64,000 nucleotides of DNA from Paraspadella gotoi (GCA_051294375.1 CM119263.1:26504258-26568257); one strand, 5' to 3'; shown: positions 22,301 to 35,604, counted from the first letter of the stretch. The notes: generated by a model not told the origin, from the letters alone. Numbers and translations are program-made.

Positions 22301-23151
22301 TAAAAAGGTCGGAATCCTTAGCCGACGCTTTGGACTTTTTCTTGTCGGCTTTTGACTTCTTATCGTGCTTGTCGTGCTTGTCATGCTTGGCATGCTTGTC
22401 ATGCTTTTCATGCTTGTCATGCTTGGTATGCTTGTCATGCTTATCATGCTTATCATGCTTGGCATGCTTATCATGCTTGGCATGCTTATCATGCTTATCA
22501 TGTTTGTTTTTCTTTGATTTTTTGTCTTCTCCGCTTGAAAAATAAAATTTGTACTTAAACTAAATTTAAAAAAAAAATAGTCGAAAAATTTGTTTGACAT
22601 TTGTCAACGATTGCATTCTGACCGATAGTCCAAGCAGTTTACAATCGACTATCACCCAACTCTTTTTTGGATTTGTTGGAGGAAGCGGACGCAGATACAG
22701 ATTCCTGATTGGTGGAGACGGACGAAGATTGAGACTCCTGATTGGACGACGAAGTCTCCTCGTCGCTGACGTCGAATTCGACGCGGTTCATTGATTGGCC
22801 CATGGAAATCCCAAAGGATGAGTTGTGACTTCTATTGGATTGGTTCGATACTATTCGGTCTATTGTTAATTTGTCAGCCCGCCTGTTTGAAGATCTGGTT
22901 CGAGATTTATTCGAGTTGCGGTGGGATTTCTGGGACGATCTTCGGGGGATTTCGTCCTCGCTGACGATCGATTCCGCTGACGATCCGCTGGAGAAGATAG
23001 ACGATGAAGAGTCGCTTGAGGACGAGGAAGATCGAGAGGCTCGTCCGGAGATGGCGTCGTAAAAAACTACGGGCGTCAAACCAGTCTGGATAAGTCTTGC
23101 TTTAATTTTCTCACATATTGCTTGCTTGCTTGCTTGCTTGATTGCTTGCAT

Positions 23152-23250
<99 letters not shown>

Positions 23251-23484
23251 CTCACCATTCGACGAGTATTTGGTAGGGGAGTAATTTCGCCAGTTTTCCT
23301 CATCGCCCTCTTCATAATTTTCTTTACGATAAAAATTTCCGTTGTTTTCGTAGTTGTTTCTGTCGCAGTTTTTTCTTCTGTGATGAACAATGCGGTGTAT
23401 GTTGTTATTGTTTTCGTTGTTGTTGTTGTTGTCATGCTCAACGCCGGCGCAGAACGTCGACGTCTTTGACACGGCATCGATCAT
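19369..23484 (-). CDS. Multi-exon low-complexity protein with ZAD(zf-AD)-like C4 domain, (KHD)n repeat, Lys/Asp-rich and acidic/coiled-coil tail
   Basis: Phase-compatible exons ~23484-23255, 23099-22661, 22533-22072, 21776-21655, 21566-21411, then frameshifted 21196-20548 and last exon ~20251-19369; spliced product has CRLC...SDRICEDCYKKL. Linkage of the last two exons is uncertain. Confidence 0.55.
22362..22503 (-). repeat. Coding 9-bp tandem repeat (aagcatgac/aagcatgat) encoding (KHD/KHA)n
   Basis: catgcttgt/catgcttat units on + strand, in frame with the downstream CRLC motif. Confidence 0.85.
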
Positions 23485-25150
23485 CGTCGTTGTTGACGTC
23501 GTCGTTACGGGTTTTTTGTAAGAGTCTTCAGTTTTGAGTGTGAATTGGAATTGAAAAAAAAAAACTATTTCGTTAAAAGTCGCTCACTTTAATAACTATT
23601 ACATTCAATATGATAATTGGGCGAGGAAAACTAATTTAAAACTTATTCTGTTCAATCTAAATTAACGAACTGAGTCGAGAAGCCGAGGTAATTAATTATT
23701 AGTTAAAAGGTCACATAGCGCGAACATTTCCTATTCTTAGGAAGGGCGAGATTAAGCCGAAAGTTTTCTTTTTTTATTACGAGATGAATAATGCCTTCTA
23801 AATCGGAAAAACTCTCTCTCTATCTCAGTCCGTGAAATTAAGTATGATCAATATGTATCATTTCCAGTTATGACCTCTGGAGTCCGTAATGTTAATAACG
23901 TTCGTCATAAATGTTTCAGAAATGAAGACAAATCAGACAATTCTCTTCTTTCTGCTGAAATGGGTGCACGCACTATATATTTTCATGACCAAACACGGCG
24001 ACATCTTTCCCGCCAAACTCCTTTTCTTCTTCTTCCTCTTCCTCTTCCTCCTCCTTCTCCTTCGCCTCGAAGAGGAAAAGAAAAACGAGTAAAGGGAAGA
24101 GACAATTTCGGTTGAGACGAACGCAAGGACGGAGGGGGGGCGGGAGGGCGACGGACTGACAAAAGGAAGGACAGAGAGAAGGACAGACGGACAGAAAGAA
24201 TTCTCGTCAAGGAGAGAAACAGTGTGATTCAGATATACTGACAGTCGGTGCGACAAACGGACGGTGGCTTGTTGTTGAGAAGGATAGTGATAGACGGACA
24301 TGCAGATATACGGACTGACAGTAAGACGGACGGAAGGACAGAGAAAAGCGCAGAGGAAAGAGGGACGGTTGACGTCATAAAATTTCGTACGACTCAAGGT
24401 AGGCTGAGCCGCCGCCGGCTTTACCGCTGACGCCGCCGACTTTACCGCTGCCGCCGCCAACGGTGCTGCCGCCGCCGCCTTTACCGCTGCCGCCGCCGAC
24501 GGTGCTGCCGACGCCGTTGCCGCCGATATTATCCGCCGATGCCGCCTTCGTAGCACAGCCTGTCTCAGCCGACGCTCTCCCGCGTCGTCTCTGCCGCCGC
24601 CGCCGCCGCCGCCGCAGGAGGAGAAGCAAGTCGGAAATGCCGGTTTTTATTTATGGAAGATTATTTAGAGGACAAGGAACACGAATGGAATACTGATGAG
24701 AGGAAAGGGAGGATGGAGGGAAAAAGAGGGAGGAAGAAGAAGGAAAGACGAAGGAGGAAAGGAGGAAAGAGAAAAAAAAAGAACAATTGGACGAACTCAA
24801 GATGAACTGGAAGATGACGGAAGAGGAAGAAATAAGAAAAGAAAGGAAATGATGAATAAGAAAAGAAAGTAAGAAGCTATGAAGGAATATTTGTAAGATA
24901 AAAAATATTAAATTTTATAAACAAAGTAAATTTCTTTCCGTATTAAATTTTCGCAAAGCAGAAAAAAAACCTTGCGCGTTTATTTTGTAAATTGTATTTC
25001 TAAGCAGTAATTTGATTTGGTTGGTATCGTAAAAAAAAAAAAACTAAGGTGAAATTAACCTTTTTACGTCTATTTTTTTCGGATTCTCTAAAATTTCTCG
25101 TAAAATTACCATGAAAACTCCTTGAGCGATAGAAATTGAAAGGAAATAAG

Positions 25151-25200
<50 letters not shown>

Positions 25201-25211
25201 CTCTCTCCTCT

Positions 25212-25274
<63 letters not shown>

Positions 25275-25301
25275 ACTCTCGTCTCTCTTCTCATCTCTCC
25301 T

Positions 25302-25368
<67 letters not shown>

Positions 25369-25844
25369 CTCTCTGGTACGTACATATTGTTTAAAATCGA
25401 TGAAAAACAAATTGGAAGAATTTGAAAGAAAAAAAAACTTACGTCAACGTATCATGTCGCGTCGGCAAGATAAAAAGAAAGAAAAAAAAAATTGAGTTTT
25501 GAGCGAATCCAATTTTGTTTAAGTCTCTTCTCTTTCTGAGTCACGACAACCTTACGAGAAACATTAGTCGAAGAGTGATAGTTATATCATAAAGATAAAA
25601 TTAAATTATGACCAGATTGATAATCAATAATGATGTTAAAGCAATTAGAATACGAGAACAATCGTTTTCATTCCACGGTCTCCCAACCCCTCCACCCATT
25701 TTAATCGGATTCGATTTCTCAGAAATGTTTTCCTCGAAAACTAACTCACATGACGATCGTTGTTTTGAGAAAATTCCGGGTGAGGGCGCTTCGGTGCCAG
25801 GGGTTACAGTATTTCATGCCCAATCGCCTCCTGTTTACGACGAA

Positions 25845-25889
<45 letters not shown>

Positions 25890-26024
25890 TTCAATTCGCG
25901 AATGAATGGCAAAGATAAATTTGAATAAACCGACGGAGAGTAAAGGGGAAAAAAAGAACATCGCCGAATACGTTGACTCGTGGGGAAAAAAATATAAAAA
26001 AATATAAAAAAATAATAAAAAAGA

Positions 26025-26065
<41 letters not shown>

Positions 26066-26347
26066 TGATGAAACGACTTCGACTCGTTTTAAATTCGATA
26101 TTAGAAGGAAAAGGAAAATGAAACGATTACGTTTCCGACTACAAAACAGACCTTTGCTCAAGGGTGAGGACAGCGACGACGACGAAACAGACCCTTTAGG
26201 AAGACGAGGACGATTCCGAAACAGACCTCGAATACAGAAGTCCACATCGGGCTAACATGATCGCAACGACGAAACAGCCAGCTGACCAAATACCACAAGC
26301 CCAGCAAACAAAACCATGCGCCACGAAGTTCCCCCGAAGAAAGCGAT

Positions 26348-26386
<39 letters not shown>

Positions 26387-26643
26387 TTGAAATAAGAGAA
26401 AGAAGAATCGGCGGCCGGAAAATGAAATGGAACTTTTTAAGTTTCGTCTTTCCGCCGGGTCACTGTTTAGGACGGAATGGAGAAATTTAAGAGGGAGAGG
26501 GGGGGGGGCGGAGGAAGGATTGAAATTAAAAGGAGAACGAAGGAAGATCGTGTTTGACGATTTGAAGAAATGGAATGGAATTGGATGAAGAAAAGAGAGA
26601 GAAGAATTTGGACAAATTTTGGAAGACACACAAGATAGAAAAA

Positions 26644-27011
26644 AACAAGAACGGTAATTCCAATGTGTTGCGCCGCAGTAACTTTATTTTGACGTGTATT
26701 TCTCTTTTCCTTACATGATATGATATGACATGATATGTCATGACTAAATAACTTTCTTCGCCCATGTATTTATGACATGCACTGCATCAAAATTCCTTAT
26801 AGTTTTACGAATTCGTGACGGTGGCGCTAGCAGTCCCTTAGATTTGAGATTTTTTTCTGTCTTAACAAATGAGCAACCAACTATAGACAAATTATATGCA
26901 TTTTTAACGTAAGTGAGATAGACTGATGAACAGATATACCAACCGACCGGCAGACCGACCGAAAAGGGACTTATAGAGTTGCTCCACGAGTAATCGCGGC
27001 GCAACTAAAAA
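26644..27011 (-). mobile_element. DINE-1/HINE-like non-autonomous Helentron element, complete copy (~370 bp)
   Basis: Sub-terminal inverted repeats gttgcgccgc/gcggcgcaac, terminal stem-loop agttgctccacga-gtaa-tcgcggcgcaact, internal GACC/GACA microsatellite, both ends in A/T runs. Confidence 0.75.
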
Positions 27012-27954
27012 CCATTCGCTAAACGTTTAGTAAAGAGAGAGAAGGAGAATCCTATATACATTATATTAAGTATACCTATATATATTATATATTATACAAC
27101 CTGCAAAGGATATTGTTTCTTAACTAAAGCAATTATTCTGAGTTTTCTTTGAAGGATCGATGTTAAAAGAAATTGCGCTTTTCAACAGATTATTAGTATT
27201 TCACATTAAACTCGTCTTAAACCATATCTTAAACTATGTCCTCGAACCAATAAAAGAAATGAAAATAACCACAAAATTTGAAAGTCCAAAACTCCCAGCA
27301 AAAAAAAAAGAAAAAGAAAGATGAGCAGCCAAAAAAAGCAATAAATCGGGGAAAAGATAGAAAGAAGGGAGAGTCAGACATTCTGTCTCCGCGGTTGGGC
27401 GGAGGTGAAGAGGTCGCGAGGCAGATGATTTGCGTCATTTATTTCTATTCATTCCGAGATCTCCATTTGACTTGGTAAACACGGTTAGAGGGAGAGGGAG
27501 TGGGGAGTGAGAGAGGGAGAGCGAAAGGATAAGGGTTTTAGAATCGAGGAGTTCTCGTGGGAGTCACTTTCGACTCCCGATACGCCGGTTGATGGTTGGG
27601 AGAAAGGGATTGGGGGAGGAAGAGAGGAGAAAAGGGAGGAAAGAGAAAGAAGAGGAGAAAAGGAGAAGACAAGTAGGAAGAAGAAAGAGAGAGAGAAAGT
27701 AGAAATTACGAATGGAATTAGAGTGAAAATATGGAGGAAAGAAGAAGAAGAAGAAGAAGAAGAAGAAGAAGATAGAGAAGAAGAAGAAGAAAAAGAAAAA
27801 GAAAAAGAAAAAGAAAAAGAAAAAGGAAAAGATGAAGAAGCGACGGAGGAAAGAAGCGAAACATCGATAAATCGGATTAAGATGGATGTTGATTCGATCA
27901 GTTTTTTAGGAGAGGTTCTGAATGACTGAGGAAGGACTGGAATGGAGCGCAAGA

Positions 27955-27985
<31 letters not shown>

Positions 27986-28018
27986 ACTCTCTCTCTCTCT
28001 CTCTCCTCATCTCTCTCT

Positions 28019-28059
<41 letters not shown>

Positions 28060-28166
28060 CCTTCTTCCTGCATCGATGATAAACTCTCATGAAAGCAATC
28101 TGCTTAATTCCTTTCCACGCCCTGCGCCTTTTTAAGCTCCGCCTCTTCCGGTTTAAGTTTTCGAGT

Positions 28167-28220
<54 letters not shown>

Positions 28221-28929
28221 GAGAGAGAGAAAGAGAGAGAGAGAAGAGGGGACGAGAGAGAGAGAGAGAGAGAGAGACTGAATGAAAGGAGGAAAAGAGA
28301 GTTTAACCTTGGTGAATGAAATACGAGACAGGAAAATGACAAGTTTCGGACCTTAGACACTTCGACTCGGCCGGAGTGCCACTTTTTGCATTTCTCTCAT
28401 GAAATGAATTCTATATTTTGACAACACGTTACAATATTTGTTTGAACTATAGACGTTGCGTTTTCTTCCGTTCTAACTTATGACTTTATCAAGTTTACAT
28501 GTAAATATTTTCACCTAATTTGATATCTTTTTTTTTTCATTTTCGTTATAATTACTCCTTTTGGATATTACGATTCTCCATTAGTTTTCCTTAGCAACGT
28601 CTATTGCGTCTTTGCCCTCCTTAGCAACGACGATTTCTTCATCTTACCCTATCCCATTTTCTTCTCCCCTCATATTTACCTTTCATTTATTTACGCTTTG
28701 GTGGGCTTTCGGGTTTTTTTTCTCCTCTTCCTCTTCCTTGTTTACATTTCATATCCTGGGACATGTTTGCGAAGGATCGTCTCATTTTCTCGGGAAAAAG
28801 GGGGAGAGCGAGTTAAGGGAAGTGTGAGTCAACAGGTGGGTGAGTAAAAGGGTAAGCGTTTGGAGGTGGGAGTGAGTTTCGGTTCGTGAGTCTCGCCTTC
28901 TCGATTCCGGCTAAGCTATGGATCCTCAC

Positions 28930-28943
28930 GTTGCCATGGCAAC
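28930..28943. promoter_or_regulatory. Perfect palindromic RFX X-box GTTGCCATGGCAAC
   Basis: Exact match to the canonical X-box consensus. Confidence 0.6.
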
Positions 28944-29738
28944 TCAATCTCCGGTAACATAGGCCACTTTGACCGCGGGGCTAGTGGACGTTTTGACCAC
29001 AAACCAAAGAGACGACCACAGCGAGTGTGTCGTCTTTGCTGTGAAACTCGAGAATGAAATGAGCTCAGGTTTCTGACTTTCCAGTTTTCACTAGATCAAG
29101 TTGACCAGAAATCAGAAGAAAATCAGTCCCGAAGAAACGAAAAGCAACTTCTTTTTTTTTTTTTTTATCGAGGTACCAGACACTTTTTTTCTCCCAAAAT
29201 CGGGGAGCGTGATGAAGAGATGGAGAGAGAAACGCCAAAAAAAAAATCTCGCTTGAAATTCGCTTTTCTTTGTAGATCTTTTTATGGAACAATTTTTATT
29301 TTTAGTTTTTCAAAAATAATTTTTTTTAACGTTTAATTTTGAAATTGCTTCTTTCAAAATCTTACTCCCATCCCTTTTGTTTAATTTTTTTACACTGGGT
29401 AATTAATACTAATTTTATTTTGCTGAGTTTATTTTTGTGAAGAACATTTTTCCTAATAATACTTGATAATAATCCTCATTAGTAAAATTTTTGAAAAAAA
29501 AAAAAGGCCAACAAACTGAAAGAAGAGTTTTTCACGTAGATTGAAAGAGATGAAACTGGCGACAAAACCGTCGTCGTTTTTCGACTCCCGCAGCATAATT
29601 CTAACCACAACCACACAATTCGAAACCACAACCCACGTTGGGAGCCTTTACCATTTTTCTTTCCGAATCTTTTACTCATGCAGGGAACTAAATGCGCGTC
29701 CTCCGTGCCGCCCATATTTTACGTCCCGCGACTCCCTC

Positions 29739-29774
29739 GTTGCCATGACGACCCGGAGTCTGTCCCGTAGCAAC
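29739..29774. promoter_or_regulatory. Two further X-box-like motifs (GTTGCCATGACGAC; GTCCCGTAGCAAC)
   Basis: Near-consensus motifs in a CpG-rich patch 0.8 kb from the perfect X-box. Confidence 0.4.
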
Positions 29775-30380
29775 TTTTGTCTCCATTCCGTCGTCGTCGT
29801 CGTCGTCGTTGGAAAATAAAACTAATTCTAATTTTTTTTTTTTTTACCAAGCGAAATCATTGGTAATCTGCCAATCATTTGCCAATCATTCACCAATCTT
29901 CAATGAGTCAATTCAATTTTTTCTTTTCTCTATCTTTACGGTTCACTTGTACTCAATTTCTACCCATCCTTTCAATGTCTGTATTGATATATCCTATCTA
30001 CGTCATACCTGTCCTCCATCTGTTATCAATCTCTCTCCCCATCTCTATGAATCCCATCCACCATCTTCCACCCCATCCCACCCGCCATCATTCCCGATTT
30101 TCTCATCGGATTCACTTTGATCCAATTACGTCTCCTTCAGTTTTTTTCTCTCACCGACGAGGTCAGAGCGACAACCCTCCTTCTGCCCGCAACCTGCCCT
30201 ACCTCCGGAACCTGGAACCAGAACGAACTTACCTCCGAATACCCAGTCACCAGCTGAGGCCCAGGCCCAAGAAACAGCCCCCCCCCGGCGGCAGCCCTTG
30301 CAGGCCGCGGGATTGATTGATTTTCCATAATCTTTTTCTCCGGAGATTTTTTCCCCGCGACTTTTCTTCTGTGTCAGCAA

Positions 30381-30439
<59 letters not shown>

Positions 30440-31094
30440 AACTATTTTTGCTGCACCAGATTCTGTTTCTTTTTCTTGTTTCTCGCTGATTTTATTTTTT
30501 GTTTTCTTTTTTTCAAAAAGACAAAAAAATTAATAAACCAATAAAATGTGCCTTAAAATTTTATACTTTAGAGCATTATTTTTAAAACATACTTTTTTTA
30601 ATTTATTTAAGACGTTCTGTGCGCGTGTTCGCGTTTTTAACGTCGCTCGAAAGAAAGAAAAAGAAATTTTCTCACATAAAAAAAAAAACCTTTTTTTCAT
30701 TCTCGAGTTTTTGCGTCTGTTTCTCTCGGCGAAAAGAAAGACATTTAGTGAATAAAAAAAAAATACAAGCAATAAAACGTTGAAGAGAAAAAGTGAGATA
30801 GGTAGAGAGAGAAAGGGGAGGATTTAGATTTAGAGTAGAAGACGAGGGGGAAGAGGAGGGGGAGGAGGAGGAGGAGGATGAAGATGAAGGCGGGAAGCGA
30901 GGAGAAGAAAAATTAGGAAGATGAGAAACGGATTTAGGAGAAGAAGACGAGAAAAAGAAAGAGGAGAAGAGGAAAAGAAAAGAGAAGGAGGAAAAGAAAA
31001 GAAGATAAAGATAAAGAAAGTAAGAAATTGAGAGGAGAAACACGAGGAAAGTTGATAAATGGAGATACAGAAAATTGAGATTTTTAGAAAGTTT

Positions 31095-31270
31095 ATGAGA
31101 CAGAATGATGAAGAGGAGATGAGAATGATGAAAAAGAGAAATGAGAATGACGAGGAAGAGAGATAAGAATAACGAGGAAGAGAAATGAGAATGACGAGGA
31201 GGAGAAACAAGAATGACGAGGAAGAGAAATGAGAATGACGAGGAAGAGAAACAAGAATGACGAGGAGGGA
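31095..31270 (+). repeat. ~22-bp minisatellite (agaatgacgaggaagagaaatg)
   Basis: Tandem units seen directly. Confidence 0.75.
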
Positions 31271-31401
31271 GTTCGACAATTAGAATGAAAGGGAGAGGAA
31301 GGAAGAGCCTCGGATGCATCGTTACTGACGAAGATGCGCTACATGAATTGCATTTGTATTCGCTCTAGTTTCATCTGATAAAAATAAGATAAATTTTTGA
31401 G

Positions 31402-31458
<57 letters not shown>

Positions 31459-31884
31459 ATTTCTCTTCGTCTTATTCGTTAAAACCGGCTGCGTCGCGTA
31501 ACATTTTTTTGAGATTTTCGAGAAGGCGCTAAAAAAGTTATGTGATATGCTAAATTCTTGAAAATTTATTGCATTTTTTTTAAACGTTTCGATCAATATT
31601 TAGCTATTCAAAATATTTTTAAAGCCAGTTGATTCCATTTAGGTAACAAAATAAATAATTTGAATATACCTATAATTTTCTAAACTAAACAAGAGTAGAC
31701 AATCGCAATCATCAGTTTACTTTATTATTCGATTTAATTATTTAAAAAAAAAAAACCTAATAAAGCGATTTACATAAAAGTACATTATTTCTTTTAGTTT
31801 CAGTGGTAATATCTCCATCCTTTTGGTCGTCATCGCCGTCGTCGTTTTCGTCGTAATCGTCGTCGTCCTCGCCAACTGAATCTC

Positions 31885-32283
31885 TCATCTTTGATGAAAC
31901 ATAGGATTCGGCAGTTGACGCAACCCCGTCGCCTTCAGCGTCATCTTCCGCGACCGCGCCCCCGACGACCTCGCCGACGCCCCCTGCAGATTCAAGAAGC
32001 TGCTCTCCATGAGGCTTTGGTCGCCGCCCTCCTTCCCGTCTTTGCCCTTCGGGGCGTCTTTGCCCCCGGCTGCGGCTTCCGGCGGGGCGCCGCCACCTTA
32101 ATAAAAGAGCGTTTTAAAATCGGATGTCTTTGTGGACAAGGTGGTTGATGAATAGACGGAAAACGTGGAATGTGTGAGAAAAAAAGGCAATGTAACAAAA
32201 GGGGTAATAGGATAAAAGAAATGTTAAAGGCGGAAACAAACGAAATAGATGGAAAAAAATAAAAAAAATAAACAAGAAAAAAA

Positions 32284-32375
<92 letters not shown>

Positions 32376-34615
32376 AACAGAAACAATAAATATTAATTTT
32401 AAAACAGAAAAAAAAGAAAGAAAGAAATATAAACAATAAATATTAATTGGAAAAGAATTGGAAAAAGAAAATAAAAAAAAACAAGCCAAAACAAGACCAG
32501 GCATGGGAAGACAAGACAAAAAAAAAAGAAAAAAAAAGAAAATAAAAGAAAGTAAAGTCCCCCGTTTGCTTTACCAAAAAGTGAACTGAAATCGTGACTG
32601 AGGTCGAGCCCGATCCCGAATTTCGTTTTCTCCAAATCATTAATGTCGACCAAAGCAGAAGCAGAGGTTTTGACGGAGGAACCAAAGTCTTTGCAGAGAT
32701 TGAATCCAACTTTGATCTCCTGGCAACGGATGTCGTCAATAGCAGAGACATTGTCAATAACAATTAATGACGGGTGTGGTCAAATATATTATTTGATACT
32801 TTGGTCAAAACTGAAAGCGGTCAATATCCGAAATCGACGTTACCTATTTTCCGATCCGAAAATATCACATTTTTTTGTCTTTCATTGTTTAAACTGCGTA
32901 CATATTAATATAATAAGTAATTATAATATTAATATAATATATTATTATTATGAAAGTTTATTAGAAATGAATTCACAAACATAACATCAACAAATGTCCG
33001 GTTTCTTCTTTCCATTTTTTACTCGCCATTTCATTTCTTCCTCCAAAGCCCTCCACCCTCCTTCCCCCCCCCCTACCTCCCATCCAACCTGGAAATCGCT
33101 CAAACATTTGGCGCTAAACGTGAATCCCTTGTCTATCGTGTACCGCAGTCCGACTTCGCCCATCATCGCCGATTTCTCAAAGTCGCGCGAAATTTTTCCC
33201 GCGAATTCGAAACCGAATGGAATTTGTTCGTAAATGAGGATAGAACCGCGTGAGAGGTCGTCGTCGAGGTTGGCCGAGGCGGCGAAACTGAGGCAGGGAG
33301 GGGGAAAAAAAAAGGAACAGGGGGGAAAAGTTTGGAAAAGTTTAATAAATCGTAAAAATGTCAAAATATTTCAAAGGAATTTAATTAAACAAAATAAAAA
33401 TTTTACAAAATACACTTATTTGTCAAAAAAACAAAACAACAACGACACCAAAAAACAAAAACAAAAAAACCAGGAATTTATTTTAAGATCTTCTTACGTC
33501 TTCATGTTATATCCGATGGCGCCGGACGTTCCCTTGACGACGCCCTCTTCGTAGTTTTGCTCGGAAGTGGCACCGAGTGCGAAGCCGCCGGCGCTGGCGC
33601 AGGCCGTTTCCGTGACAGTCTTTGCGTTGGGATCTTGTAGAACGGGAAGGAAATAAACATTCCCGATACCTCAATGGCCCGATGTCGGTCGCTCCAAATA
33701 CCGTAATGCGGAGAAAAAAGAACAAATGAACAGCGTTTTTAAATTCTTACTGAAGCCAACGTTTCCGTTGAGGTAATCGCCGGAATAGGAGGCTCCCAGG
33801 TTTCCGCTTTGGTTCACCGACGTCCCGAGATTCTGCGCGGACAACAAAACGACTTAACTTATCGTTATTAGTTAATTAAAAACATTATTATTTCGTCGAG
33901 CTTCGAATACTTTGACGTCGAGTCGATCCCCGGCGCTGACGGACATCGCGAAAGTCGGAGGTCCGGAAAGAGAGAAGGTCCGCTTTGTCGTGAAGTTCAC
34001 TTTCTGTCGGAATAGTTTTGAAGAAGGGGAAATGAGATATATATATATTAGAGCGTAGTGAAAATTACGTACGGAAATTCTAAAAGTCAATTATGAACAA
34101 CATACCATCAGTGAACATTAATTTGTAAGAAAAAAATAATTTGATGTTTTTTAATTTTCGGAATAGGCTATATTTATATATAGTACTATCCTTATAAAAT
34201 CGAAAAATTTCAAAATAGACTTTTCTTAATTTGAGATTTGAATTCCTCATCAAAAGTTGATATAAGGAAATATAAATCATTTTTAAAAATTCTTTCATTA
34301 AGTGGGTTAAAAATTAAAAAAACTATATATAAAAAATAATTTTCAGCTTAAAATATAGTTTTTATTAATTTTTGACCCACTTATTGAAGAAATTTTTTTC
34401 TTCAACTTTTTATGACTAATCCAAATCTGCAAAAAAATCTTGGAAAAAACTGTTTTGAAATTTTAACATTTATTGGATTAGTACTAGTATAAGTATGGCC
34501 TACTGCGTAAATTGTAAAATTTATTATGAATTTTTTTATTACAATAACGTTCATTAATGTTGTTCCTTCCTCACTTTTAGAATTTTAACTAAAGTTAAAT
34601 TTAGAAAGTTATCTA

Positions 34616-34675
<60 letters not shown>

Positions 34676-35152
34676 ACTTCCTTCTTGTCGTTTAGGTTTA
34701 ACACTAATTCCAAAGACGCGTCACTCTTTTCCGAGATGTGATCGTAGAAGCCAGATATTCCTGCAGAACCAAAAACATTATGAAGTATGAATTGACGGAC
34801 ATGTTTCGACTTGTTGTAAGTCTTCATCAGCGCGATTTAAAATTAAAACAATTTTAATTCGCGCTGATGAAGACTTATCACTTACAACCAAATCAAAACA
34901 TGTCCGTTAATATTATTTCATAATCAAAAAATCGTTGTTTGTAATCAAAATACGAAGTTTGAATTGATAAACTTTGTGTCTTTCTCGATCTCTCTCCCAA
35001 AATCTTTCATTCCTGATCCTCTATTTTCGTTCCGAACCTACAGAAATCCCGGCGGGCAGAGCCGTCGTGAGCCCGACTTTAAATTTGCTTTCGTTGTAGC
35101 CTTTGTAGAGAACTGCCCGCGCTTGCGAGCCAATGTCGCCGTAGGCCGTCAT
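31885..35152 (-). CDS. VDAC: Divergent voltage-dependent anion channel (eukaryotic porin) paralog, 8 exons, ~354 aa, with C-terminal extension
   Basis: Exons 35152-35038, 34760-34678, 34003-33911, 33832-33751, 33633-33498, 33287-33089, 32719-32575, 32096-31885 join in phase with GT-AG; MTAYGDIGSQARAVLYKGY matches the VDAC N-terminal helix, and GLRYTID..FSAK and KFGIGLDL match the last strands. Confidence 0.85.
34096..34565. mobile_element. AT-rich degenerate fold-back (MITE-like) in VDAC intron 2
   Basis: ttcattaagtgggttaaaaattaaaaaaactata pairs with tatagtttttattaatttttgacccacttattgaa; weaker pairing extends to aacaacat.../...atgttgtt. Confidence 0.55.
34794..34834 (-). ncRNA. Minimal (Penelope-type) hammerhead ribozyme motif within a ~145-bp palindrome (34778-34923)
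   Basis: Minus strand reads cgcg-CTGATGA-a-GACTT-acaac-AAGTC-GAAAC-AT-GTC-cgt: core boxes, 5-bp stem II, palindromic ACATGT stem III; decayed inverted copy at ~34860-34908. Confidence 0.6.
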
Positions 35153-35488
35153 CGCTTTTCCCGAAGAGAAGAGAAAAAAAATGTTTAAATAATGATAAGG
35201 AGCTGAACTTACTTAACGATCGATTTTATGCGCCATTTTGACTATAACTTTTCTTCCGAAAGGAGGGAAATTAAACTTGATAATAGTTTGATTACATTAC
35301 AGTTTAACTTTAATAGATGATGTACCAGAGTAAAATTAATACTTTTTTTTTCTTTTTCCTTTCCCCTTGGCTCGTATTTCAGGTAAGTCCAACAAATCGT
35401 GAAAGCATGAAAATTCGTTTATCATTATCTCACAATGCATGAAGCACGCTCAATTGATATGCATGGTTAGTCGATAGTCTCTGAACTC

Positions 35489-35604
<116 letters not shown>

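Noticed and set aside
31095-31270. Regular repeats as a CRISPR-like array (also 63630-64000)
   Set aside because: No unique spacers and a eukaryotic context; ordinary minisatellites
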